From contig JBEIPA010000032.1 of the NCBI GenBank assembly GCA_040377305.1, positions 1 through 59,255 of the forward strand: a stretch of DNA of 59,255 nt. Reading direction: 5' to 3'. Both the position numbers and the translations under genes were made by a program. The notes under the pieces were generated by a model, which was not told where the DNA came from, made no database searches, and was given only the letters and a program-made list of their open reading frames with translations. The stretch comes from Flavobacteriales bacterium (GTDB lineage: Bacteria; Bacteroidota; Bacteroidia; Palsa-965). Below, piece by piece: positions 49,703 to 59,255 of this stretch (positions within the stretch are counted from its first letter, which is position 1; every line of letters starts with the position of its first letter).

Positions 49703-51157
49703 TTACTGCTTCGTATCCTGCTTCTTACGCAAAGCAATATCCGCCGCCACAAGCATCGCAGCAAATCCCCAGAAAGGAACGGAAGCTTTATCAGTATCAA
49801 GGAAGTTGTTGAGCGTACCGTGAATGAGATACGTTACAATTCCCAGGAAGACCGCAAGTAATGCAGCGCGTTGAGGGCCGGGATCCATCCGTAAGTACAC
49901 TCTCCACCCGGTTACAACAATTGCGATGGACACTGCGAGGAATGTGAGCATTCCTAACACACCCGATTCTGCAAGCGGACCGATGTATTCACTGTGAGCG
50001 TTACCCATGTCGCCGGCATTGGTCGAGATAATAGTTTTCTCAGCCGACAACTGATAAGGCGCGTACATGAAGCTGTACGTTCCCGGTCCGAAACCAAGAA
50101 TGGGTCTTTCTTCGAACATACGGAATGCAGAGTTCCAGCGGTTGAGTCGTTCGAGGTTGGATGCGTCGGTAGAAATGTTGGAGATTGAACTGATATGTTC
50201 GGCAATATCATCGGAAGTATCCTGACGGTTTTGCTCGAGTTGCATTACGATATCCGTCCACGAAACAGCGACATAAAGAATCCCGATTACAAACACTCCA
50301 ACGATGTACTGCCACTTCACACGGAAATAGAGAATCGCATACAAGCCAAGTGCGCCCACGAGACTCACCCATGCAGCACGTGTGAAGGAAAGAATCAGTG
50401 CGACTGTAAACACCGCTAAGAGGAAACCTGCAATGATGCGAACGTTGTTGGAGTATCCACTGCGAAATGTGAATATGATCAATGCCGGGTAGAACATCGC
50501 GAGTGCAGCACCATAGGCCGTGTGGTCATTGTAGAATGGGGACATTACCCAGTGAGCCGGATCTTCCTCGAAACCAAACAACCAGTGCTGATAGATTGTA
50601 TACCCGATTACAATGGTTAGCGGAAGAATGTACAACCAGATAAAGCGGCGAACATTTTTCGGATCTGAAAACATGTAATATCCGAGGAAGTAGAAAGGCA
50701 CAACAAACCACAAGCGCGCCATCAACCATTTGAAAGACACGACCGGCATCTGACTGGTGATGGATGTGATCATGATCCATGCCAGATTGATGAGAATCAG
50801 AATTGTGACCGGGTGCTTAAGGAACTCCATATTCATTTTGCCCGAGTGCAGAAGCCGAACAAAAAACAGCAACAAAATACCAATGAGAATTGGCTCAACC
50901 GGTAAACTCAGTCCAAGTCGTATCTCATTGCTGGAAAGGTTTACAGAAAGCGGAACGAGGAATACACAAAACAATAAGAGCTTATCGAGTTGGGTAACCG
51001 CCATGTAGATAACCATGAGCACCGGTGGCAGCAGATTCAGCCAAAAAAATTCGTGCGCAATGCAGATGGTGTTCGCAATGAGAAACGCAAAGCTGATTCC
51101 ATACACCCACCAGAGCGTTCTCTTCTCTTCTTTTTCGGTGAGTTCGAGTTCAGCCAT
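49703..51157 (-). CDS. O-antigen ligase/polymerase family (Wzy_C) membrane protein
   Basis: Many TM helices; 'SFTRAAW', 'SNLERL...PILGFGPG', 'AHSEY'. Confidence 0.88.
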   Translation of the reverse strand: MAELELTEKEEKRTLWWVYGISFAFLIANTICIAHEFFWLNLLPPVLMVIYMAVTQLDKLLLFCVFLVPLSVNLSSNEIRLGLSLPVEPILIGILLLFFVRLLHSGKMNMEFLKHPVTILILINLAWIMITSITSQMPVVSFKWLMARLWFVVPFYFLGYYMFSDPKNVRRFIWLYILPLTIVIGYTIYQHWLFGFEEDPAHWVMSPFYNDHTAYGAALAMFYPALIIFTFRSGYSNNVRIIAGFLLAVFTVALILSFTRAAWVSLVGALGLYAILYFRVKWQYIVGVFVIGILYVAVSWTDIVMQLEQNRQDTSDDIAEHISSISNISTDASNLERLNRWNSAFRMFEERPILGFGPGTYSFMYAPYQLSAEKTIISTNAGDMGNAHSEYIGPLAESGVLGMLTFLAVSIAIVVTGWRVYLRMDPGPQRAALLAVFLGIVTYLIHGTLNNFLDTDKASVPFWGFAAMLVAADIALRKKQDTKQ

Positions 51158-51160
51158 GAA

Positions 51161-52108
51161 CTAGACCGTTTTTTTTCTGTCGATAATGATAAAGCAGATC
51201 AGCGACAACATGAACATCGACATTACGCTGACGAGAACGATTATCCAGCGAACAGGATACGATTTACTATCGGCAGGGAACGGATTCGCCATGATGTTTG
51301 TGTACGTCAGTTCTTTCGTCATGTCGCTCACAGCCTGGTCATAATTCGTTCTGATGGTGTTGTAATCCTCCTGTAAAGATTTCTCCTGGCTCGACAATGA
51401 CAGAAGGTCGCCGCCCTTGTACTCGAGGTGACGGTACATGGAATCTACACCCCGATACTGAGAAACGGGCGAGTTATTCGATGCAAGCTTCAGATAGGAT
51501 TTAAGAACTTCTTTCGATTGAAGTTTGTAATCGAGTAGACCATAACGCGTACGCAAAATATCGAGTTGCTCCGTCACCGAATCAAGGGCCAATTTCTTCA
51601 GGCGCAACTGATCAGCATAAATCTGAACAACCTCTGCCGTTTTCTCCCGCTGCACACCCCGTGCTTTCAGATCGACGAAGTGAATGAGTTCTGAAACCAT
51701 TTCACTCGCAACAATCGGATCCTTGTCGAGAATATCAATACGCACAGACTCGAATTCTGTACGACGAACCGTAACGTGCTCATCATACATCAGGTAAAGA
51801 CGACTCTTACCCGAAGAAGACGCAGTATCGATTTCGTAATAGTCAGGCAAACGGAAACGCTTCACCATCATGTTTCGAACATCCGAAGAACCGAACAGCT
51901 GCAACAACTGCTCTGTCGGAGTTTCCATTGAATAAGGAATGATATTCACCGGATAAACGTAAGCCGTGGATTTGTACTTCGGCGTAATGAATCGCTCCCC
52001 CGAAAACACGACACTGAGAATGCCCGCCATAAGCACCGCAGCAACAAGATGCATACGTCGCCTTTGCAGCACTTTCAGTAACTCGATATTCTGAAAAAAC
52101 TTCGTCAT
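51161..52108 (-). CDS. Wzz-like polysaccharide co-polymerase (chain-length determinant)
   Basis: N-terminal TM, 'PKYKSTA', coiled coil, 'KSYPVRW' and C-terminal TM. Confidence 0.8.
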   Translation of the reverse strand: MTKFFQNIELLKVLQRRRMHLVAAVLMAGILSVVFSGERFITPKYKSTAYVYPVNIIPYSMETPTEQLLQLFGSSDVRNMMVKRFRLPDYYEIDTASSSGKSRLYLMYDEHVTVRRTEFESVRIDILDKDPIVASEMVSELIHFVDLKARGVQREKTAEVVQIYADQLRLKKLALDSVTEQLDILRTRYGLLDYKLQSKEVLKSYLKLASNNSPVSQYRGVDSMYRHLEYKGGDLLSLSSQEKSLQEDYNTIRTNYDQAVSDMTKELTYTNIMANPFPADSKSYPVRWIIVLVSVMSMFMLSLICFIIIDRKKTV

Positions 52109-52112
52109 GGGT

Positions 52113-53156
52113 TTATGCGGTTTCGTTCTTCAGATTTTTTTCCCGGTTGCGAATAATACGGATGTTGTCAAACAGAATCAGGAATAAGATACCAAATACC
52201 ATCGACGCGGTAGTACTTACGACAACAATGAGCCAACGGATGGGGTACGACTTTCTTTCTGCTGCATACGCCGGGTTCACAATGAATTTATAGGAAAGAA
52301 CCGCATCAGCATCAACTTTTGCTTCCTCATACTTCTTTTTTAGGAGGTTAAGCTGTTCACGCTGGATATAAAGATTTTCACGAATGGCAATGTACGCGCT
52401 TCCGTAAGTAGCAAGAATCTTGAGTTGTGCTTCGAGCGATTGAATACCACGTTGGTTCCCGCTAGCCAATGCCTTTGCATACTCCGATGAAGTTACTTCT
52501 GATTGTGATTCGTAATCGTAAACGCCTTTCTCGTTCAACACGCGCATGGAGTCAGTCATACGATCGACTTCCGCACGCTTCGCATAGTACGCCTGTTCCA
52601 CAATTGACAACGCCTGCAAAGCACGATCGCGCTGCATACGACGCTTGGTTGAATCGAGCAATGCAGCAATGTCGTTTGCAATATCAGCAGCCATCTGCGG
52701 ATCAATGTCCATCACGTCAACACGAACAGACATGAACTCGGTGCGCTTGAAAGTAATGTTCTCGTTATAAGTTTCGAAAAGCCGGGTGTTCTTGAAACGA
52801 TCGGTTGGATCAATCTCATAATGCATCATGAGATCGTATTTCTTACAGATTTTATTTCTGATTTCATCTGAATTCAGAATCTGTAACATCTGCTCCGCCT
52901 GCTCTTCTTCACCGAACTGTAAGATGTCTTGCTTACCCGTAACGTCTTCAGTCAAGAGCGCTTTCGAAATCGCGTTCGATTGAACCGGGAACATAATCAC
53001 GGTCGATTTGTACTTCTCTTTAATGATTAGGGCAATTGCCGAAGAAACGAGCACAGCAGCCACACCGATGAGTATCAACGGTTTTCTCCAGCCCCAGAAA
53101 AACTCAATCAGGCTGGTTGAATCAAAATATCCTACTTTATTCTTTTCCTGGGCCAT
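52113..53156 (-). CDS. Wzz-like polysaccharide co-polymerase (chain-length determinant)
   Basis: N-terminal TM, 'EKYKST', coiled coil, 'KSYPIRW' and C-terminal TM. Confidence 0.82.
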   Translation of the reverse strand: MAQEKNKVGYFDSTSLIEFFWGWRKPLILIGVAAVLVSSAIALIIKEKYKSTVIMFPVQSNAISKALLTEDVTGKQDILQFGEEEQAEQMLQILNSDEIRNKICKKYDLMMHYEIDPTDRFKNTRLFETYNENITFKRTEFMSVRVDVMDIDPQMAADIANDIAALLDSTKRRMQRDRALQALSIVEQAYYAKRAEVDRMTDSMRVLNEKGVYDYESQSEVTSSEYAKALASGNQRGIQSLEAQLKILATYGSAYIAIRENLYIQREQLNLLKKKYEEAKVDADAVLSYKFIVNPAYAAERKSYPIRWLIVVVSTTASMVFGILFLILFDNIRIIRNREKNLKNETA

Positions 53157-53187
53157 TTACGGTGTGCGAAAACGCTTAAACGGTCGC

Positions 53188-53195
53188 CAAAAGTA
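53188..53195 (-). promoter_or_regulatory. -7 promoter box for wzz-wzz-wzy
   Basis: TACTTTTG on the minus strand about 30 nt upstream of ATG 53156. Confidence 0.55.
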
Positions 53196-53354
53196 ACAAA
53201 AAACAGCCCCGAAATTTCGGAAATTTCAAGATTAAGGAAAGTGCAAAATCCTTTCAACCATCTGATTACCAGCTAATTTAAGCGGAACGATTAAACAAGT
53301 ATTTTATTGTGTGGACTCAGAAAGAAAATCTGATGGTTTACAGACGCCCAATTG

Positions 53355-54929
53355 CTACCCGTATTTCAGGATGCGGAACATACCTTTTATGCTGACCAGT
53401 CGCGTTGCAAGCGCCCAAAGGAAAGAGGTACCGGCCATGAGAATGAATCCAGGAACCCAACCTGTCTTTCCTGTTCCGATCAGGTATGTGTGACACACCA
53501 GTGCAATCGCAATTACACCTGCCACAAACACGATGAGGTTGATGATCAATCTCCAGTTGGTTCTGAATTTGAATATTCGCTGGACAATAAGCACTTGAGC
53601 AACCGCAGTCAACAGCTGAGTACTCAAACTCGAAATTGCAGTGCCAAGAGCTTCGAGTTCGAACACTTTGATGAAGACAATATTCATTCCTACGTTCAGC
53701 ACCATTCCGCAGAACGCCATGATGTTCAGCTCGCGCAAATTCCCGTTCGCCGTTAGCAGGGAGCCGAAAACATACGTGGTAGATACCGCGATGAAACAAT
53801 TCATCAGCAACGCAAACAACAATGGTTCCCCACCAAGTAAATGCTCGCCATATTGTAGTATCATTATTTCGTGACTGTAGAAACCACAGCCAACGGCGAC
53901 AATTACGGCGACAGTTATTAAGAGCGTAAACGACAGTTTGACCAGTTGCTCGACGGACTCTTTAAACTTTAGCATCCGTGAGAATATCGGAATGAGAAGG
54001 ACAGAGAACAAGTAGGCAATCATGTTGGTTGCATCAAGCAAGCGATACGCCTTCGCGTACAATCCTGCTTGTTCGGGACCGGTGTGGGTCAATTCATTTT
54101 CCAGTTCATTCTTGCGAACCGTTTGTTCAGGAGTAAGTTCAACATGCGGATCACGAAGTCTCGTAAGCTCAGCCGATTTTGTTGAATCACCTGCGGGCAT
54201 CATGCGCTCAAGCATCACCGGGTCAATGCGGTTGTAGAAAGTCATCAGCAACACCAACACGGCGAACGGAAAGCTTTTCTTGAGAATCATGAGAGAGAAC
54301 GGCCAGCTCCACCTCAGCTTCATCACTTCTGTTTTTGCAATTACGGCGAAGAATGCAATTACTGCTGTGAGGAAATAACCCGCGAGCTGAGCATATGCAA
54401 AATCCATCACATCCATTCTGCGATTGAGGATGTTCGTCCACAACATCATCGCAACTATACTGATCATGATCACACGATCAAGAACTGAAATGAGCGCGTC
54501 TGTGCGGAACAAGTGCAGCGCCTGCAAATTGGATCGCAGGTAAAGCACCATGGAAATGAGAAACTGGTTGAATCCAAGCAACAGCAGAAGCTTGATTAAA
54601 CGCATTTCGAACTGGAAAACAAATGCACAGATAATGGTTGCAACGATGTATACAACTCCAAGCGCTAATTTGAGAATGAACAGTCCGGAGAAATGCTTGT
54701 CGAGCAAGTGGTTGTTCTGCGCAATATTCTTGTTGTTAAAATTCGTAATTCCAAAATCCAGGAGGATGTTCAGGAGGAACGAAAAGTTGAACAACACGAA
54801 ATAGGTTCCGTAATCGGCGTTACCCACTTCAATCTGAACATGAGGCTCAATTCCTAAAATCCAGAACGGCTTTATCAGCAAGTTCAGGCAAAGGAGAATG
54901 ATCAGATTGGTGACGAATTTCTTCTGCAC
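53355..54929 (-). CDS. Wzx-type oligosaccharide flippase
   Basis: 'YGTYF...LLDFGI', 'FYNRID', 'AGLYAKAYRL'; about 12-14 TM; GTG start. Confidence 0.85.
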   Translation of the reverse strand: MQKKFVTNLIILLCLNLLIKPFWILGIEPHVQIEVGNADYGTYFVLFNFSFLLNILLDFGITNFNNKNIAQNNHLLDKHFSGLFILKLALGVVYIVATIICAFVFQFEMRLIKLLLLLGFNQFLISMVLYLRSNLQALHLFRTDALISVLDRVIMISIVAMMLWTNILNRRMDVMDFAYAQLAGYFLTAVIAFFAVIAKTEVMKLRWSWPFSLMILKKSFPFAVLVLLMTFYNRIDPVMLERMMPAGDSTKSAELTRLRDPHVELTPEQTVRKNELENELTHTGPEQAGLYAKAYRLLDATNMIAYLFSVLLIPIFSRMLKFKESVEQLVKLSFTLLITVAVIVAVGCGFYSHEIMILQYGEHLLGGEPLLFALLMNCFIAVSTTYVFGSLLTANGNLRELNIMAFCGMVLNVGMNIVFIKVFELEALGTAISSLSTQLLTAVAQVLIVQRIFKFRTNWRLIINLIVFVAGVIAIALVCHTYLIGTGKTGWVPGFILMAGTSFLWALATRLVSIKGMFRILKYG

Positions 54930-54964
54930 GTCAGGTAGTTGTGGGACGCGAAGATACTAAAACA

Positions 54965-54991
54965 GATGGGAGTCGGGAGACGGGAGTCGGG
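54965..54991. repeat. 7-mer tandem tract (GWCGGGA)
   Basis: GATGGGA GTCGGGA GACGGGA GTCGGG. Confidence 0.75.
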
Positions 54992-55002
54992 CGTAAAATT
55001 GG

Positions 55003-55743
55003 TTAAAGAGGACGCGCCAGAAAGTTAATTCTCCCGGCATGTTTAACAGCATCATACGCCACATGCACTCCATTGTCATTAATCGTGATCTCGTAATTCC
55101 ACTTGCGGAAGAAATCGAAACAGGCATTCTTGTTTTCGTTTTCCCAGAGTTCAAGATAGATGAGCGGACGATGTGTTGCCACCAACTTCTCTGCACCTGC
55201 CAAAACGAAGCGTTCGAAATTCTCTACATCCATTTTAATACCGGTAACTTTTGCTCCTGTTGCGAAGAGATAATCAATACTATCGAGTTGCTTCAGGGGC
55301 ACTTTGAAACGTATGCCGTCGTTGTGTTCCGTAATCGTGCTGTGTACCACGTGACTCAGTCCCTGCTGTTTTGCGCTTCCCGTTACAGGCAAAACCATTT
55401 CTGCTTCTCCGTCATGGTCACCCAGTGCAATCGCTTCGACTTTCACATTCTTCAGATCGAACTTCTTAATCACGTGCTCCAATGCGTGCAGATTATCGGG
55501 CATAGGTTCAAAGGCAATCACTTGGCCCTTATTTACTTTCCGCGCAAGGTGCGCAACGAGAAATCCGAGGTTAGCGCCGATGTCCAAAACAATACCGTTT
55601 TCCGGAAGCAATTTCAAAAACGCAAAAAAATCGTCTTCTCTCTTGTCCTTGTGCAGATTGTTTACTTTGTAAGATGCGAAAACGCGCAGGTATCTCCGGT
55701 AACCCAGAATTCCCTGTAAGAGAGCCTTTATCGCATTTTTCAC
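55003..55743 (-). CDS. FkbM-family methyltransferase
   Basis: VLDIGANLG, AFEP, IKMDVENFE. Confidence 0.9.
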   Translation of the reverse strand: MKNAIKALLQGILGYRRYLRVFASYKVNNLHKDKREDDFFAFLKLLPENGIVLDIGANLGFLVAHLARKVNKGQVIAFEPMPDNLHALEHVIKKFDLKNVKVEAIALGDHDGEAEMVLPVTGSAKQQGLSHVVHSTITEHNDGIRFKVPLKQLDSIDYLFATGAKVTGIKMDVENFERFVLAGAEKLVATHRPLIYLELWENENKNACFDFFRKWNYEITINDNGVHVAYDAVKHAGRINFLARPL

Positions 55744-55759
55744 GCCGCGAATATAACAC

Positions 55760-55853
55760 GTTCCCAGTTCCCAGTTCCCAGTTTCCTGTTCTGTATTGTG
55801 AAATTGTTTTCATATCTCTTCTTCCGGAACAGGGAACCGGAAACAGGGAACTG
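55760..55853. repeat. Inverted pair of 7-mer (TTCCCAG / AGGGAAC) tracts in a divergent promoter gap
   Basis: (TTCCCAG)x3 TTTCCTG versus GGAAC AGGGAAC CGGAAAC AGGGAAC TG. Confidence 0.85.
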
Positions 55854-55867
55854 AGTACCTTCGGCCA

Positions 55868-57004
55868 GTGATCATCGTAGTCAACACCCGCCTTCTTATT
55901 CACAATCGCCTGGACGGAATCGGACGTTTCGCGTACGAGACATTGCTGCGTATCACACAAAAACAGGAAGACGTAAATTTTGTTTTTCTGTTCGACCGTA
56001 AGATTCACGAAGACTTTGTTTTCTCGGAGAACATTACGCCCGCAAAAATATTTCCACCGGCTCGTCGTACGTGGTTGTTCAACTGGTGGTTGAATTTTTC
56101 TGTGCACGGCGTGCTGCGTGATCTTAAACCCGATTTGTTTTTTTCACCCGACGGATTTCTTCCTACACGAGGAGATACGAAATGTCTGCCGGTCATTCAC
56201 GATCTTAATTTCGAGCACTACCCGCAAGATCTGCCCGAACATTATTCGAAATGGTACCGTAAGAAATTTCCGCTGTTCGCACGTCGCGCAGAACGAATCG
56301 TTACCGTATCCGAATTTTCAAAAGCCGATATCCACAAGCAATATCATATCGATCTGAATAAAATTGATGTGGTGGGAAATGCAGCATCCCCTGGATTCGC
56401 GCCGTTGACTCATGAACGTGTAACAGCAGCAAGAATCAAGTGGAGCAAAGGTGATCCGTACTTCCTGTATGTTGGATCGTTACATCCACGAAAAAATCTC
56501 GCACGTTTAGTTGAAGCATTTGCCGCGTACAAAAAACAACATGGCGGTAACCTCAAACTTGTTCTTACAGGTGAACGTTACTGGAAGAATGAAAAAATGG
56601 AAGCGGTCATCGCCCAACTTCCCGACAGAAACGATGTGATTTTCACCGGAAGAGTTTCCGATGCTGATCTGCACGAAATCACCGGAGCAGCTTTAGCTCT
56701 TACTTACGTTCCATACTTCGAAGGATTCGGAATTCCCATTGTTGAAGCAATGGCTTGCGACGTTCCGGTCATCAGCGCGAATGTGACGTCGATGCCTGAG
56801 GTTGCCGGAGAAGCGGCATTGTACTGCGATCCTTTTTCAGTAGCAAGTATCGCAGAAGCCATGCACTCCGTGGCCAATGATGCCAACTTACGTGAAGCCC
56901 TGATTTCTAAAGGACGGATTCAACGCGAGAAATATTCCTGGGACAAATCAGCAGATGATCTTTGGAACGTCATGCTTAAAACCATGGGACATGTTAAAGC
57001 ATAG
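55868..57004 (+). CDS. Glycosyltransferase family 4 (mannosyltransferase-like)
   Basis: IHDL, VSEFSK, VGSLHPRKN, EGFGIPIVEAMAC. Confidence 0.92.
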   Translation: MIIVVNTRLLIHNRLDGIGRFAYETLLRITQKQEDVNFVFLFDRKIHEDFVFSENITPAKIFPPARRTWLFNWWLNFSVHGVLRDLKPDLFFSPDGFLPTRGDTKCLPVIHDLNFEHYPQDLPEHYSKWYRKKFPLFARRAERIVTVSEFSKADIHKQYHIDLNKIDVVGNAASPGFAPLTHERVTAARIKWSKGDPYFLYVGSLHPRKNLARLVEAFAAYKKQHGGNLKLVLTGERYWKNEKMEAVIAQLPDRNDVIFTGRVSDADLHEITGAALALTYVPYFEGFGIPIVEAMACDVPVISANVTSMPEVAGEAALYCDPFSVASIAEAMHSVANDANLREALISKGRIQREKYSWDKSADDLWNVMLKTMGHVKA

Positions 57005-57611
57005 TTACCACAAAGATTTGCTCGAAGCTGGTTGCGATGAAGCCGGTCGCGGTTGCTTTGCGGGACCTGTGTTCGCCGCAGCGGTAATTCTGCCGCGCGA
57101 TTTCAAACACAAATTGCTCAACGATTCCAAGAAGATGACGCATGAGCAGCGCATGGAAGTTCGACCGTACATCGAAGAAAAAGCATTGGCGTGGGCAGTT
57201 GCAAGTTGTACGGCCGAAGAAATCGACACCATCAATATTCTACGCGCTTCTTTTCAGGCCATGCATCGCGCGATCGCACAACTGAAAGTACTTCCGCAGC
57301 ATTTGCTCATCGATGGAAATCGTTTCAATCCGTATGAAGGAATTCCACACCTCTGTATCATCGAAGGCGACGGCAAATACAAAAATATTGCAGCTGCATC
57401 AGTTCTCGCCAAAACGTACCGCGATGATTACATGGTGAAACTTCACGAAGAATTTCCGCATTACGATTGGCACAGCAATAAAGGATACGGTACACCAAAA
57501 CACCGTCAGGCGATTCAGGTATACGGAATTACAGATCATCACCGCAAGAGCTTTCGATTGATGCCCGATCAGTTGGAACTATTCAGTAAAATCGACGAGC
57601 ACAAAGCGTAA
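56991..57611 (+). CDS. rnhB: Ribonuclease HII
   Basis: GCDEAGRG, NDSKK, IDG, IAAASVLAK, KGYGT, HRKSF; likely start ATG 56991. Confidence 0.96.
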   Translation: MLKHSYHKDLLEAGCDEAGRGCFAGPVFAAAVILPRDFKHKLLNDSKKMTHEQRMEVRPYIEEKALAWAVASCTAEEIDTINILRASFQAMHRAIAQLKVLPQHLLIDGNRFNPYEGIPHLCIIEGDGKYKNIAAASVLAKTYRDDYMVKLHEEFPHYDWHSNKGYGTPKHRQAIQVYGITDHHRKSFRLMPDQLELFSKIDEHKA

Positions 57612-57666
57612 AATCATCGCATGAAGTTCCCCGCGCCGACACACAGTACAAATCAAAACCGCTGAG

Positions 57667-58278
57667 ATGATTGAAGAAACTCCACCATACGAACAAGCCA
57701 CATCAGCTCCGGATTCTTCTAAGCAAACACCAGGGAAAACAGGCATGTTGCTCGCCGCAGTATTTCTGGTTACAACACTCATCTGTGCTGTCGGTTGGTA
57801 CAGTGCAGCAACACCGAGAGTCGACACAGAAGGATACAAAAATTACGCAGGCTCATGGGGAATGGATGGTACGGTGTTCACTCAACGATGGAAAGTTAAT
57901 GGCAATCGCTCTTCCGTGTTGCTGGATCTGAACTATGATCTCAACTTCGAAAAATATTCCATCTACAACATTTCTGATCAGCTCATCAGTGAAGAGTTTG
58001 ATGAAAATGAAGATGGAGTCGCTGAAAGAACCCTTCGTTATTCACCCGAATGTAAAGTTCGTTATGAGTATCTGGATGCGGATGGGAACGGTTGGTATGA
58101 ACGTATGTTGAGTTATGGACGCACCATCACCATTGAATATAAAGATTCCGATTTTGACTGCGAATACGATTCGATTTATGTTTACGAAAACGAACTCCTG
58201 ATAAATTCTCTGACTGTTGCCGAAATGGGTAAATTCTTCAAGACACAGCGCAGCGACTCCACAAGATCAAACAGGTAA
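57667..58278 (+). CDS. Hypothetical membrane-anchored protein with DxDxDG-like repeats
   Basis: One TM helix; DLNYDLNFE, DENEDGVAE, DADGNGWYE, DSDFDCEYD at 22-23 aa spacing. Confidence 0.7.
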   Translation: MIEETPPYEQATSAPDSSKQTPGKTGMLLAAVFLVTTLICAVGWYSAATPRVDTEGYKNYAGSWGMDGTVFTQRWKVNGNRSSVLLDLNYDLNFEKYSIYNISDQLISEEFDENEDGVAERTLRYSPECKVRYEYLDADGNGWYERMLSYGRTITIEYKDSDFDCEYDSIYVYENELLINSLTVAEMGKFFKTQRSDSTRSNR

Positions 58279-58352
58279 AGGTGAAATATTGCTAAAAGAC
58301 CAATAGCCATATTCTTTCGCACTACATTCGGTGAGAATTAAACCACTCGCCC

Positions 58353-59093
58353 ATGAACAAGTTTCTTCTTACCATTCCTGCAATTGCGCTCTTCGCTTCC
58401 TGCGGAGTTGACACTACTCGTGAAATTGCCGCAAAAGAGCGCACCATCACAGTTACCGGTGCTGCCGATACGAAATTGTCCCCGGATGAAATGATACTCA
58501 CTATCAATATTGCTGAATATTATAAAGAGCAGTATGAAGATGGAAAAACCGAGAAGGATTATAAAACGCTCGTGAAGCTGGAAGAAATTGAAAAGACGTT
58601 AATGGATCTTCTGCATACGAACGGAATTGCGGATTCGTTAGTGAGCTTCAGTTATGTGAACACGAGCTGGAACTGGTACTACTACGACGGCGAGAAGAAA
58701 CCGGTGAAGTTCGAGAAGACGATGAAGGTGAAATTGTCTGATCACAACAAAGCGGTTGCAATCATCCGCGACATAGATACGAAAGGAATTTCCTACTTGT
58801 CGCTCGGCGATTTTCATTCCTCAAAAGAGCAAGAGATGCGCAGAGAACTGAAAGCAGAAGCCTTGAAAGCGGCGAAAGAAAAAGCGGCGTATATGCTCAG
58901 CAAAGTCGACAAAGAACTTGGTGAGATCATCACGATCAAGGAGCTGAACGACGATTATCCATACTGGAGCTGGCGCGGACCTGCACAAACTTCTGTGAGC
59001 AACACTTCTTTTGAGTACGACAGCAGCGAGCCTGCGGGGCCGGATGAGATTATGATGCGGTATGAAGTCGAGGCGGAGTTTGAGATTCAGTAG
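58353..59093 (+). CDS. SIMPL (DUF541) domain lipoprotein
   Basis: 'LFAS-C' lipobox; 'ITVTG...PD', 'ALKAAKEKA', 'LGEIITIKE', terminal 'VEAEFEI'. Confidence 0.85.
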   Translation: MNKFLLTIPAIALFASCGVDTTREIAAKERTITVTGAADTKLSPDEMILTINIAEYYKEQYEDGKTEKDYKTLVKLEEIEKTLMDLLHTNGIADSLVSFSYVNTSWNWYYYDGEKKPVKFEKTMKVKLSDHNKAVAIIRDIDTKGISYLSLGDFHSSKEQEMRRELKAEALKAAKEKAAYMLSKVDKELGEIITIKELNDDYPYWSWRGPAQTSVSNTSFEYDSSEPAGPDEIMMRYEVEAEFEIQ

Positions 59094-59097
59094 AATT

Positions 59098-59255
59098 GGA
59101 ACGCGGATCTTGATGTGTTTTAGGTGTTAGTCCTTCCGTCGGATGATTTCGGTGAATAGAACGTGTGTGGAATTTGATCTTATGAGATACGTTTGAGTTT
59201 ATCTCATAAAATCCAATTACGAATTTTCAAGTTCTGTAGAGTCATCCGAGCGAGC
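59098..59255. repeat. Nested palindromic intergenic element, copy C (truncated by window end; same orientation as B)
   Basis: GGAACGCGGAT; TCGGATGA...TCATCCGA; ATGAGATA-CGTTTGAGTT-TATCTCAT, the exact reverse complement of the copy A centre. Confidence 0.92.

Overview
A ~59 kb stretch of a Bacteroidota (Bacteroidia-type) chromosome. The assignment rests on T9SS cargo proteins, porX, fused lpxC-fabZ and TAnnTTTG -7 promoter boxes. The left end (1-11.8 kb) is a surface-protein cluster: two T9SS type-B adhesin-like proteins, a type-A SBBP propeller, and two paralogous collagen-like fibre genes with identical N-terminal domains but different C-terminal heads. The rest is mostly housekeeping: gyrB, TPR and OM barrel, an ftsE-like ATPase, murB, aroA/aroB, proline and alanine dehydrogenases, tsaE, porX, HD protein, lpxD-lpxC/fabZ-lpxA, efp, a second lpxD, an RsbU-like phosphatase, a wzy/wzz/wzz/wzx glycan locus, rnhB and a SIMPL protein, with small accessory genes interspersed. 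I saw no rRNA, tRNA, CRISPR array, transposase or integrase. The unexplained signal is non-coding. (i) Three copies of a ~194-bp nested palindromic element with fixed-spaced conserved blocks and an oriented 10-bp centre, each beside a stop codon (20225, 49508, 59098). (ii) A duplicate of the last 20 codons of the ftsE-like gene that differs only synonymously, directly before the first element. (iii) Many short 6-9-mer tandem tracts, often as inverted pairs bracketing terminators or promoters. All coordinates and counts were read by eye.
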